In this document: positions 1 through 8,451 of the stretch, in pieces
How the letters are laid out: the number at the start of each line of letters is the position of its first letter
Numbering within the stretch: the stretch's first letter is position 1
Virus record (IMG/VR): IMGVR_UViG_3300017917_002479
Length of the DNA: 64,000 nt
Origin: an uncultured virus (IMG/VR IMGVR_UViG_3300017917_002479)
Lineage: Duplodnaviria > Heunggongvirae > Uroviricota > Caudoviricetes
Direction: 5' to 3' (one strand)
Notes under the pieces: model-generated
The model's input: only the letters and a program-made list of their open reading frames with translations
What the model was told of the DNA's origin: nothing
The model's database searches: none
Translations under genes and position numbers: made by a program

Positions 1-2
1 AT

Positions 3-1055
3 GCTCGGCAGCTTGGCCGACGACAGGACCGCATCGAGCATGGGCTTCATGGTCGCATCGACGGTCAGGTCGAGCGGCTTGAGGCCAGCCACGGTGGGCG
101 TGGCTTCGGTTTCACTGACCTCGTCATCTTCGGCGAGAGCCTCATCGGCGGACATGGCCTTCATCTGCGCGAAGATGAACGCGTCGAGGATCGCCTTGCT
201 ATTGGCATCCAGCATGTCCGTGAAGGTGGACATGGCGTCGCCGACCGCAGGCAGGGTCATGCTCGACAAGATGGCGGAGACGGGACCGACCAGCGCCTTG
301 GCCGCGTCGGCAGGCAACGAGCTGTTCGACGAATACCAGTTGAGGAAGCGGCCAGTGACGGTCTGGATGCCCTCGTCGTTCACGTGGTCGTGGATCTTCT
401 GGCCCACCTCGCTGTGCGCCATGAGCGCAGCGAAGACGTTGGCAAGCATGATCGGGTTGTTGGTCAGCGGCAAAGACTTGGACATGGTGGTTCCTTTCGT
501 GGTGGAAGTGGCTGCGGTGGTGGAAGTGGGAGCGGCAGCCGCGCTCCCTGAACGCAAGGCCGTGGCCTTGGCGAAGAGCTTGCGTGAGGACACAGACCCA
601 AGCCGAGCAGTCAGCCGGTCGAGCCAAGCGGAGTCGTCGAGCATGCGGTGGGCGTCGACCTCGGCGGTCATTGCGTCACGCAAGGACATAAGTGCGCCCG
701 TGCCGAACGCCTCGTCAGCGGGCTTGGTCCCGTTCATATGCCACGCAAGACGCACCCAACCATCGGAGTGCAGGCAGAATGCCTCAAGCACGGGCACTGG
801 CAGGACGTCACGCACACCCGCGACGCTATCGCGGGTTGAGCCGGGCAACCTGCCCAACCGCTTGCCCCGCTGGATGCGCTCAACGAGAGCCTTCTTGCGG
901 GCGTCTGGCGAGTCTGGCGAGGCGGATATGCGCTCGTTACACGCCACCTCAAAGGCGGCGCGCAGCAGAGCGCGGCGTTCCTCGAAGTTGTCGAGGTATT
1001 GCGCGGCAACAGCCAGCGCGACGTAATCGGGCGGCGGAATAGAGCCGGTCGACAT
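3..1055 (-). CDS. Partial ORF running off the left edge; probably the N-terminal part of the CobS-like AAA+ ATPase whose C-terminus is at the right edge
   Basis: Uninterrupted minus-strand frame from ATG 1055 (RBS GAAAGGA) to the edge; not in the ORF track because it has no stop. Second in-frame ATG at 485 with its own GAAAGGA RBS. Confidence 0.6.
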   Translation of the reverse strand, partial: MSTGSIPPPDYVALAVAAQYLDNFEERRALLRAAFEVACNERISASPDSPDARKKALVERIQRGKRLGRLPGSTRDSVAGVRDVLPVPVLEAFCLHSDGWVRLAWHMNGTKPADEAFGTGALMSLRDAMTAEVDAHRMLDDSAWLDRLTARLGSVSSRKLFAKATALRSGSAAAAPTSTTAATSTTKGTTMSKSLPLTNNPIMLANVFAALMAHSEVGQKIHDHVNDEGIQTVTGRFLNWYSSNSSLPADAAKALVGPVSAILSSMTLPAVGDAMSTFTDMLDANSKAILDAFIFAQMKAMSADEALAEDDEVSETEATPTVAGLKPLDLTVDATMKPMLDAVLSSAKLPS

Positions 1056-1146
1056 TGCGGTGTTCCTTTCGTGAAATCAGGGCAAGAAGGCCCAGCCGGA
1101 ACAATCCCTTCGGGACTGTGCGGGTGTGTGCGGGTGTGTGTGTGCG

Positions 1147-1332
1147 TTAGCGCCGAGGCCGCAGCCAGCCGCCCTGATTGCGATAGCCGTGGCCACGATC
1201 ATGGGTGCCGCGCTGATACAGGTTCGAGGTGGGCGGAATGATCCGCCCACCCTTCTCCCGCCGACCACGCACAGTGACGAACAGTAGCGTCAGGAACGCA
1301 GCGCCCATCGCGACGAGGTTCAGCGCGTCCAT
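1147..1332 (-). CDS. Small membrane protein (early gene)
   Basis: Hydrophobic N-terminus MDALNLVAMGAAFLTLLFVTV; start overlaps the upstream stop. Confidence 0.55.
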   Translation of the reverse strand: MDALNLVAMGAAFLTLLFVTVRGRREKGGRIIPPTSNLYQRGTHDRGHGYRNQGGWLRPRR

Positions 1333-1721
1333 CAGTGGCGCTCCGCGTGGCCGAACGAGTTGGCCAGCTTCACGTTGCCGTCCTCGTCCTTGACCTTGAG
1401 CGACACGTTCACGGTCGTCTGAGCCTCGCCGTCCGCCTTCCAGACGATGCGGTTCTCTTGCTTGTCCGAGGGTATGAGCAACTCGATTTCCTCGGGGGTC
1501 AGGCCCAACTCTTGCAGGCTTTCAACGAGCGCCTTGTGCAGGTTCAGGCCCTTCTCAAGCAGCGGGCGTCCGCCCGCCAACTCTCCAAGCATGGCCGCGT
1601 GATGCTCGTCGGGAATGCCGATCTCGTCACGCAGGTGTGCGTGGACGGCATCAACATCAGGCCCATCGACCAACTCGAACAGGCGCGCGAGCTGCGCGGT
1701 GGTGATCGCGTATTTATCCAT
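1332..1721 (-). CDS. Hypothetical early protein (MDKYAITTAQ...)
   Basis: ACAGGAG RBS and TTGACA promoter upstream; phage-like codon usage. Confidence 0.7.
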   Translation of the reverse strand: MDKYAITTAQLARLFELVDGPDVDAVHAHLRDEIGIPDEHHAAMLGELAGGRPLLEKGLNLHKALVESLQELGLTPEEIELLIPSDKQENRIVWKADGEAQTTVNVSLKVKDEDGNVKLANSFGHAERH

Positions 1722-1758
1722 GAAATTAACTCCTGTGGTGTGTGGTGGGTGTCGCAGG

Positions 1759-1786
1759 TGTGTGACAGGTGGCGCTTGGGTGTCAA
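1759..1786 (-). promoter_or_regulatory. Sigma70-type early promoter
   Basis: Perfect TTGACA -35 at 1786-1781 on the minus strand, between a terminator and the gene at 1721. Confidence 0.55.
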
Positions 1787-1811
1787 GCGGATTCGGTGCG
1801 GCACCACGACG

Positions 1812-1843
1812 AAAAGGCGCGACACCTTGCGGTGCCGCGCCTC
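1812..1843 (-). terminator. Rho-independent terminator
   Basis: Minus strand GAGGCGCGGCACC-GCAA-GGTGTCGCGCC-TTTT. Confidence 0.75.
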
Positions 1844-1863
1844 TCGTGGTGCGGGTGTGAGCG

Positions 1864-2130
1864 TCAGCCGACGATGCGACGAGCCTGACGCGGCGTGAGG
1901 ACGGCCGACACGTAGTCGTCGACGGCATGGCCCATCAGGTCGCCATGCTCAGCAGCACTGGCGTTGAGCCAGAACTGGTGCGCGTCGTGCGACCTCGGCG
2001 TGGGATGCTCGTGGACGGCGACTTCCCAGCGGGCCACCTGTTCATCGCACAGGCGTTGCCGCTCCACATGGCTGCGGAGCGAGTCCAACAGGTTGCGGGC
2101 GTGGTCAGGACGGATGAGGTGCTTGGGCAT
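1864..2130 (-). CDS. Hypothetical early protein
   Basis: 88-aa ORF with AAGGGAG RBS, coupled to the upstream ORF. Confidence 0.6.
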   Translation of the reverse strand: MPKHLIRPDHARNLLDSLRSHVERQRLCDEQVARWEVAVHEHPTPRSHDAHQFWLNASAAEHGDLMGHAVDDYVSAVLTPRQARRIVG

Positions 2131-2276
2131 CAGGCTGCTCCCTTCGATGCGGCCTTGGCCGCGAGACGGTCGGTGGTGCCACGGTCACGTGCGACGCACA
2201 TGGCCCGTGCAAGACGGCGAAGCGCCCGGACCAGATCACGGTCCGGGTCGCCCTTGTGTCGACGCGCGAGGCTCAC
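2130..2276 (-). CDS. Small hypothetical protein
   Basis: GTG start overlapping the upstream TGA; fills the operon gap exactly. Confidence 0.4.
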   Translation of the reverse strand: MSLARRHKGDPDRDLVRALRRLARAMCVARDRGTTDRLAAKAASKGAA

Positions 2277-2653
2277 GCGCGTTCCATCCAGATCAGGTGG
2301 GTCAGGATGCGCTCGGCAGTGTCGCGGTCCTCGCACGCCTGTCGGGCGGCGAAGCCGGTCATGCTCATGCGGTCGATCAGCGCGTCGACGCAGTCGTAGG
2401 CCAGCCAGTTGGCCACGCGCGAGGGCAGGATGCGCTCCATGTAGGGCAGGAACAGGAACCACACGAGCGCGTCGTAGGCCTTGGCGGCGAGGTCAGCCTT
2501 GCGCATGGCCTTGCGTGCCGCACGTGCGCAGCGTGCGTAGCGCTGCTCAGCCTCGGCGATGCGCGTGGCTGCGTTGGTCCGGCTGCGGGCTGAGGCGACT
2601 TCGCGGGCAATGCGCGCCTGCGTCTTGAGGGCCGAAGGGGTCAGGTCGTTCAT
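2273..2653 (-). CDS. Hypothetical early protein (MNDLTPSALK...)
   Basis: ACAGGAG RBS; leader identical to that of the gene at 3183. Confidence 0.65.
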   Translation of the reverse strand: MNDLTPSALKTQARIAREVASARSRTNAATRIAEAEQRYARCARAARKAMRKADLAAKAYDALVWFLFLPYMERILPSRVANWLAYDCVDALIDRMSMTGFAARQACEDRDTAERILTHLIWMERA

Positions 2654-2698
2654 GTGTGCGTCTCCTGTGCGTGGTGGAAGTGGGGAAGCCCCAACGCG

Positions 2699-2728
2699 AA
2701 AAGGCGCGACCCCGAAGGGCCGCGCCTC
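2699..2728 (-). terminator. Rho-independent terminator
   Basis: Minus strand GAGGCGCGGCCC-TTCG-GGGTCGCGCC-TTTT with a cUUCGg loop. Confidence 0.8.
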
Positions 2729-2748
2729 ATGCGTGCGGGTGTGAGCGA

Positions 2749-3183
2749 TCAGGCCAGCTTGGCGAAGAACCCGATCATGGCTTCCAGAGCCTTCGGCTCC
2801 ACGCCCATGGCGGCCGCGAGGTTCGCGCGGGCGTCGGCCTTCGGGTCGGCCTTGGCCGAAGCCTTCGGCTTCGCCTTGGCGACCGAAGCCTTCGGCTTCG
2901 TCACGGCACCCTTGGCCGGAGCCGAAGCCTTCGGCTTCGTGCCACGCACCTTGCCTGCGAATGCCTGCATGTGCGTGATCCACGCGAGGTAGTCCTCGCG
3001 GCTCATGCCCTTCGCGTAGCGGGGCTGGCCGGTCAGCGACGCGAGCGCGTCCACGCTCTGCGGGCGCGGCTTGGCGCGCAGGGTGCGTTCCGCGAGGCAC
3101 GCGATGGCGTCGGCGGTCGTGGCCGGGTTGGCCTTGACTTCGTCAAGGATGGCGGCGGCGGTGAGAAGGGCGAAGGTCGTCAT
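2749..3183 (-). CDS. First early protein with Lys/Ala/Pro-rich (histone H1-like) KPKAS repeats
   Basis: TKPKASAPAKGAVTKPKASVAKAKPKASAKADPKA segment; ACAGGAG RBS. Confidence 0.65.
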   Translation of the reverse strand: MTTFALLTAAAILDEVKANPATTADAIACLAERTLRAKPRPQSVDALASLTGQPRYAKGMSREDYLAWITHMQAFAGKVRGTKPKASAPAKGAVTKPKASVAKAKPKASAKADPKADARANLAAAMGVEPKALEAMIGFFAKLA

Positions 3184-3590
3184 GTGTGCGTCTCCTGTGT
3201 GGTGGGCGGGTGAAATCCCGCTGGCTGGCCCCGCCAACCGAGGCGAGGCTTGCCGCCCGGAACAATCCCTTCGGGACTGCGCACCTGTGCGCACACAATG
3301 CGCACACGTAACGCGTGTGAGACACCACCAGAAAATCCCATGTTTTCAGCCTCTTACAGAGGCTGAAATGGGAATGTTCAGGGTTTGTTCTCAAATCGGT
3401 GGCTCCCCTTTCAGGGGAATGGTTTGCCCCGAATTGTGCGGGTTTCCGCGTGCCGTGTGCCGCAAACGTGCCGTTTCGGCCCCCGAAGGGGGGCGGGGCA
3501 GGGTGGCCCCCGCCGACGCGTTCGGGCATAATCGGAGTCACCCGGTCGCTCGCGATACGCGGGTAATTTTGAAAACGTCCAAGGCTCAAC

Positions 3591-4358
3591 ATGCCCAGAA
3601 AACGCCGTAAAATGCAGCCTAAGCGCGCTCATGGCCGCCGCTTCCTCAAGGGCGGCAACCCTGACCGCCTCAAGCTGCTCCACGACAGCACGATCTTGAT
3701 GGTCCGCACGAGCGCGGGCGACGGCTCCTCACTCTATGGGCGGGCCAAGATCACCTGTCCCGGCTGCCAGACAGTCTTCTCGGTCCCGCGTAGCGCGGCT
3801 CCCTACCGTGCGTTCTGCTCTGTCGACTGCCGTCGCAAGGTCGGGTGGACGCCGCCGCCGGAAAATGGGAGAAGAACCCGCGAGAAGAAGAAATACCCCA
3901 AGCTCTACCAGACCCCGCCGCTGGTCCGGGCAATGAAGGCTCTACGCACCTTGTCTAAGTCGACCGAACTCACACCCAAGCAGGCCCAGCGCCTTCGTGG
4001 CAAGCTCGCTGGCGCGATGGACGAAATCCTCGACGAGGCCATTGGCGTCGTGATGGGCCACGAGGGTAAGTCGTGGACCCCCACCCAAGCCCGCGTCTTC
4101 GGCATCCTCGTCGGCAAAGTCCTGCCCGACCTCTCGGCCTCGCACGTCATGCACGAGACCCGCTCGTCTCGCCCTGAAGACATGTCCATCGACGAACTTG
4201 AAAACCTCATCGCCGAAGCCCGTGCCATGGCCCTGTCTGACGAGGACGACAGCTCCGGCATTCTCATCGAACATCAGCCGCTCCAGCCCACCTTGGAAGC
4301 GGAAGATGACCGACATCCTGAACCCGAAGCTGCCGATCCCATCGAGCGCGACGCCTGA
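3591..4358 (+). CDS. terS: Terminase small subunit with N-terminal Zn-finger
   Basis: Directly upstream of TerL; ILVGKVLPDLSA and MSIDELE motifs typical of TerS; CPGC...FCSVDC Zn-binding motif. Start uncertain. Confidence 0.6.
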   Translation: MPRKRRKMQPKRAHGRRFLKGGNPDRLKLLHDSTILMVRTSAGDGSSLYGRAKITCPGCQTVFSVPRSAAPYRAFCSVDCRRKVGWTPPPENGRRTREKKKYPKLYQTPPLVRAMKALRTLSKSTELTPKQAQRLRGKLAGAMDEILDEAIGVVMGHEGKSWTPTQARVFGILVGKVLPDLSASHVMHETRSSRPEDMSIDELENLIAEARAMALSDEDDSSGILIEHQPLQPTLEAEDDRHPEPEAADPIERDA

Positions 4359-4527
4359 CCAACTCGGCGCGGCTCTTGCCCGCGCCGACCTCACCTCTAT
4401 CGAAGACCCCGCGAAGCGCGCGCGCGCCTTCATGAACGCCATCACTGGCCTCATGATCGACACGGTCCACAACCCCGAAGTCCGCGCTAACCTCGTCGAA
4501 GCCCGTCTGAATGCCGCCCGCCGCTAA
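4306..4527 (+). CDS. Small hypothetical protein (MTDILNPK...)
   Basis: 73-aa ORF between TerS and TerL. Confidence 0.5.
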   Translation: MTDILNPKLPIPSSATPDQLGAALARADLTSIEDPAKRARAFMNAITGLMIDTVHNPEVRANLVEARLNAARR

Positions 4528-6124
4528 GCTCTCTCCCGAGATCGCGGCGGCGGCTGAACAACTCCTCCGCCTCAAACGCGCCGCCACCAGCTTCGCTGGC
4601 TTCGTCGCGCTCCACCGCCCAACGTGGACACTGGCCCCGTTCCAGACCAAGCTGGTCGACATCCTCGACAAGTTCGAGAAGGGCACCCTCACCCACCGCG
4701 ATCTCGGTGGGCTGCCCGAAGGCTGCGACCCGACCGTCTCCCTCGACACTGTCGTCGAGCGCCTCGTCGTCAACATGCCGCCCCGTCACGCCAAGACGGA
4801 GTTCTGCACCAAGCTCTTCCCGGCCTACTACCTCGCGCGCAACCCGACGCGCTACGTCATGTCGACCTCCTACAACTCGGAACTCGGCAAGGAGTTCGGC
4901 CGCAACACGCGCGACATCGCCTCGGACGACCGCACCCAAAAGGCCTTCCCCGAGTTCCGCATCCGCAAAGACAGCCAAGCCGCCGACGAGTGGCGCACCA
5001 CCTCTGGCGGCGCTTACTTCGGCATCGGTCTCGACGGCACCACCTCGGGCCGCCCCGCAACCCTCCTCATCATCGACGATCCCATCAAGTCCCGTGAAGA
5101 CGCCGAGTCCGCCACGAAGCGCAACAAGGTCTGGTCCTTCTACACCTCGGCCCTCGCCATGCGCCTCCAGCCCGAAGTCGACCTGACGCCGCACAAGCAG
5201 CTCGTCATCCTCACCCGCTGGCACCCCGACGACCTCGCGGGCCGCCTCATGGAGACGGACGAGTGGCGCACTGGCCAGTGGGGGCACCTCACTCTCCCTG
5301 CGCTCACCCTCAAAGACGAGCCGAACCCCGACGATCCCAACGAACCCAACTACGAAGCCCTCTGGCCCGAGCGCTTCCCCGTGGCCGAACTCCTGCGCCG
5401 CAAGCGCCTTAACGAGCGCGAGTTCGCGGCCCTCTACCTCCAGACCCCCTACATCGCGGGCGGCAACCTGATCCGCTCAAACTGGTGGCAATACTACGAC
5501 GACCGCATCGAAAGCCTGCCCATTGTCATCATCGCGGCTGACACCGCCTTCAAAAAGACCGAGCAGGCCGACTATTCCGTCTTCATCGTCATGGGCCTCG
5601 ACAACCACGGCGACATCTACATCCTCGACGTGATCCGCGACAAGTTCACCTTCCCCGAACTCAAGGCCCGCGCCATCGCCATCAACACCCGCTGGCGTGG
5701 CCGAGGCCTGCGCGGCCTCTACGTCGAAGACAAGGCCTCCGGCCAATCCCTGCTCCAAGAACTCCGGCGCGAGTCCGGCGTCTCCGTGATCCCCTACCGC
5801 GTCAGCCGCGACAAGGTCTCGCGCGTCCACGCCGTCACCCCCCTCATCGAAGGCGGCCGCGTCTTCCTCCCCAAGTCCGCTCCGTGGCTCGACGCCTTCC
5901 TCGAAGAAACGCTCCAGTTCCCGTCCGGCGCAAAGGACGACCAAGTCGACACCCTCTCGATGGGCCTCGACGTCCTCTCCCGCATGGCCATCTCGCCGGA
6001 GTCCGCGTCCTTCAACGCCCCCTCCTTCGAGTCCCTGCAAGCCGCGCACGACAACAGCCTTGCCGCGCTCGCCAAGCGTTCCTTGGCCCCACTCAACAAC
6101 ATCTGGCGTGGCTGGGGCGAGTAG
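4511..6124 (+). CDS. terL: Terminase large subunit
   Basis: NMPPRHAKT Walker A, LLIIDDP Walker B, TRWHPDDLAG coupling motif, C-terminal RNase H-like nuclease (DTA...VEDKASG...DDQVD). Confidence 0.95.
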   Translation: MPPAAKLSPEIAAAAEQLLRLKRAATSFAGFVALHRPTWTLAPFQTKLVDILDKFEKGTLTHRDLGGLPEGCDPTVSLDTVVERLVVNMPPRHAKTEFCTKLFPAYYLARNPTRYVMSTSYNSELGKEFGRNTRDIASDDRTQKAFPEFRIRKDSQAADEWRTTSGGAYFGIGLDGTTSGRPATLLIIDDPIKSREDAESATKRNKVWSFYTSALAMRLQPEVDLTPHKQLVILTRWHPDDLAGRLMETDEWRTGQWGHLTLPALTLKDEPNPDDPNEPNYEALWPERFPVAELLRRKRLNEREFAALYLQTPYIAGGNLIRSNWWQYYDDRIESLPIVIIAADTAFKKTEQADYSVFIVMGLDNHGDIYILDVIRDKFTFPELKARAIAINTRWRGRGLRGLYVEDKASGQSLLQELRRESGVSVIPYRVSRDKVSRVHAVTPLIEGGRVFLPKSAPWLDAFLEETLQFPSGAKDDQVDTLSMGLDVLSRMAISPESASFNAPSFESLQAAHDNSLAALAKRSLAPLNNIWRGWGE

Positions 6125-6160
6125 GACGACAGCCTCCAATCTCCACGACAATGTCGCCGC

Positions 6161-8083
6161 ATGAACGCGGTCTCCACCACCAATTATCGTTCAGCAGGCC
6201 CAGTCCACCACGATGGCGTCGTGGTGGACCTGTCTCGCTTCGCCGAACGTCTTGCCGCCTACGAAGACATCTCCGCCGAACTCACCACCGACGAAGAAGC
6301 GAAGATCGTCTCCTACATCAAGGCGTGCCACGACATGTCGCACCGCCGCATTGGCCGCCGCTACGATCACTGGCTCGAAGCGGACCGCGCGCACGACGTC
6401 TGGGTTCCGCCCGAAGCCACCTCCTTCCGCGAAAAGGCCGTCATCGCCGACACGCGCGCCATCGCTGACACCGTCCTCACCTACATGATGGCGGCCCTGA
6501 CCGGCCGCAATCCGATGTTTCAGCTCGAAGGCCAGAACCGCAAATCGCGCAAGGTCGCCCCGATCCTCGAACGCGTCCTGCACATGCAGATGCGCCGCAC
6601 TGGCGCGGAAGCCCGGATCGCCCAGCTCCTCCTCGACTCGATCCGCTACGGCTTTGCCCCCACCAAGGTCATCTGGGACGCCAAGACCAACCAAAACCGC
6701 ATCATCAACTTCGACCCGCGCCGCTGCTTTCCCGACCCCCGCGTCAACTGGGGCGACTGGGAGAACATGGGCTACATCATCTTCTCTGACTTCCTCGCCT
6801 TCAACTCCCTCGCCTCCTCTGGCCTCTACCCCAAGCTCAAGCAGTTCCCGGCCCTGCGCATCCGCCAGTCCTCGCCCGTCAATGGCTGGGAAGGCCACCG
6901 CTTCCACCGCGAAGAAGGGCGGGGCCTCTCCATCGACCCGGCCCAGCCCCTCGAAGGCCGCACGCACCAGAATTGGTTTGCCCTCGGCGACTCCCGCGTC
7001 GTCGACGAGGCGTGGGTGCGCATGGCTGGTTACGAGATCGGCATCCCCCAGATCGACATGATCTGGCTGGTCATCACGATCCTCGACGAAAACGTCGTGA
7101 TCCGCTTCCAGATCAACCCCTATGGCCAGCAGTTCCCGACCGTCATCGGGGGTCTCTACCAAGACAGCCACAAAACCTACTCGCAGTCGCTCTACGACAT
7201 CCTGCTACCCATGCACGACGTTGCGACGTGGCTGCTGCGCAGCCGCATCGACAACGTCCAAGCGGCCCTCAACAACCTCATCTTCGCCGACCCGACCCAA
7301 GTCTCGATCAGCGACCTCATCAACCGCAACCCGTGGGGCGTCGTGCGCACCCTGCCCGGCGCGAAGCCCGGCGACGGCGTCTTCATCGCCCAAGTCCCCG
7401 ACGTCACCCGGAGCCACTGGCAGGACATCCAAGCGATGTCCGAACTCAAGCAGCGCGTCTCCGCCGCAAGTGACGCGCAGCAGGGCATGCCCACCGCCGA
7501 CGGCATCCGCACCGCCACCGAGATCGCCCGCCTGACCCAGCTCGGCTCCCAGCGCCTCGGCGTCCTCAGCCGCATCATCTCCGCGACCACGATCCGCCCG
7601 CTCGTCAACATGATGGTCGGCAACATCCAAGACGCCCTCGCCTACTCTGGCTCCATCAAGATCGACCCAGAGTCCATGCCAAGTCAGCTCTCCGACATGG
7701 TCGAAGACGGCTACATCGACTTTGACGTCGCCAAAGACCTCCAAGGTCAAGTCGACTACCTCGTCATTGACGGGACGCTCCCCATCGAGCCGACCCGCAA
7801 CGCCGAGACGTGGATGAACATGCTTCAGATCATGTCGCAGACTGGCCTGAACATGGAATACAAGGTCGGCAAGATCGCCGAAGAGGGCATCCGCGCGCTC
7901 GGCATCTCCGATCTCGACCGCTTCCGCATCTCCCCCGAAGAGCGCCAGCAAGGCCCCTCGCCCTCGCAGCAGATGGCCCTCATGCAGGCTGCGCAAGGCG
8001 CGACCGTGATGCCGCAGCAGCAGCTCGAACAGGAAATCCAGAAGGGCAACCTCATCCCCGCACGTCAGCAGGTCCGCCAATGA
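6161..8083 (+). CDS. Portal protein
   Basis: 640 aa directly after TerL; RTATEI motif and helical character typical of P22/SU10-type portals; Gln-rich C-terminus. Confidence 0.85.
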   Translation: MNAVSTTNYRSAGPVHHDGVVVDLSRFAERLAAYEDISAELTTDEEAKIVSYIKACHDMSHRRIGRRYDHWLEADRAHDVWVPPEATSFREKAVIADTRAIADTVLTYMMAALTGRNPMFQLEGQNRKSRKVAPILERVLHMQMRRTGAEARIAQLLLDSIRYGFAPTKVIWDAKTNQNRIINFDPRRCFPDPRVNWGDWENMGYIIFSDFLAFNSLASSGLYPKLKQFPALRIRQSSPVNGWEGHRFHREEGRGLSIDPAQPLEGRTHQNWFALGDSRVVDEAWVRMAGYEIGIPQIDMIWLVITILDENVVIRFQINPYGQQFPTVIGGLYQDSHKTYSQSLYDILLPMHDVATWLLRSRIDNVQAALNNLIFADPTQVSISDLINRNPWGVVRTLPGAKPGDGVFIAQVPDVTRSHWQDIQAMSELKQRVSAASDAQQGMPTADGIRTATEIARLTQLGSQRLGVLSRIISATTIRPLVNMMVGNIQDALAYSGSIKIDPESMPSQLSDMVEDGYIDFDVAKDLQGQVDYLVIDGTLPIEPTRNAETWMNMLQIMSQTGLNMEYKVGKIAEEGIRALGISDLDRFRISPEERQQGPSPSQQMALMQAAQGATVMPQQQLEQEIQKGNLIPARQQVRQ

Positions 8084-8448
8084 CTGAAGAAACCCGCCTC
8101 GACCGCCTCCAGACCCAACTGGAAGACGTCCGCAAGACGCTGGCCGCCTTCGTCAACGCGCAGAACTCTGCGCCGCCGCCCAGTGCCCCCCAGTATTACG
8201 TGGCCCCCGACCTCGTCAGCCAAGCCAAGGCGGTCGAAGAGGCCATCAAAGAGGCTTCGCTCATCATCAAGCCCGCCATCGACGAGATGAAGGCGCTGAT
8301 GGTGGCTCAATGCGCACTCTACTCCGACACCCTCACTGATCTCCGCGCAGAGATCGACGAACTCAAGGTCAAGCAACGTCAACTCGAACAGTTGGACCGC
8401 GCGTCCATCACTCGCGCCGCGCTCGCGCGGCACCTGAACAACGAGTAG
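8080..8448 (+). CDS. Coiled-coil hypothetical protein (MTEETRLD...)
   Basis: ATGA overlap with the portal stop; heptad character. Confidence 0.6.
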   Translation: MTEETRLDRLQTQLEDVRKTLAAFVNAQNSAPPPSAPQYYVAPDLVSQAKAVEEAIKEASLIIKPAIDEMKALMVAQCALYSDTLTDLRAEIDELKVKQRQLEQLDRASITRAALARHLNNE

Positions 8449-8451
8449 GCC

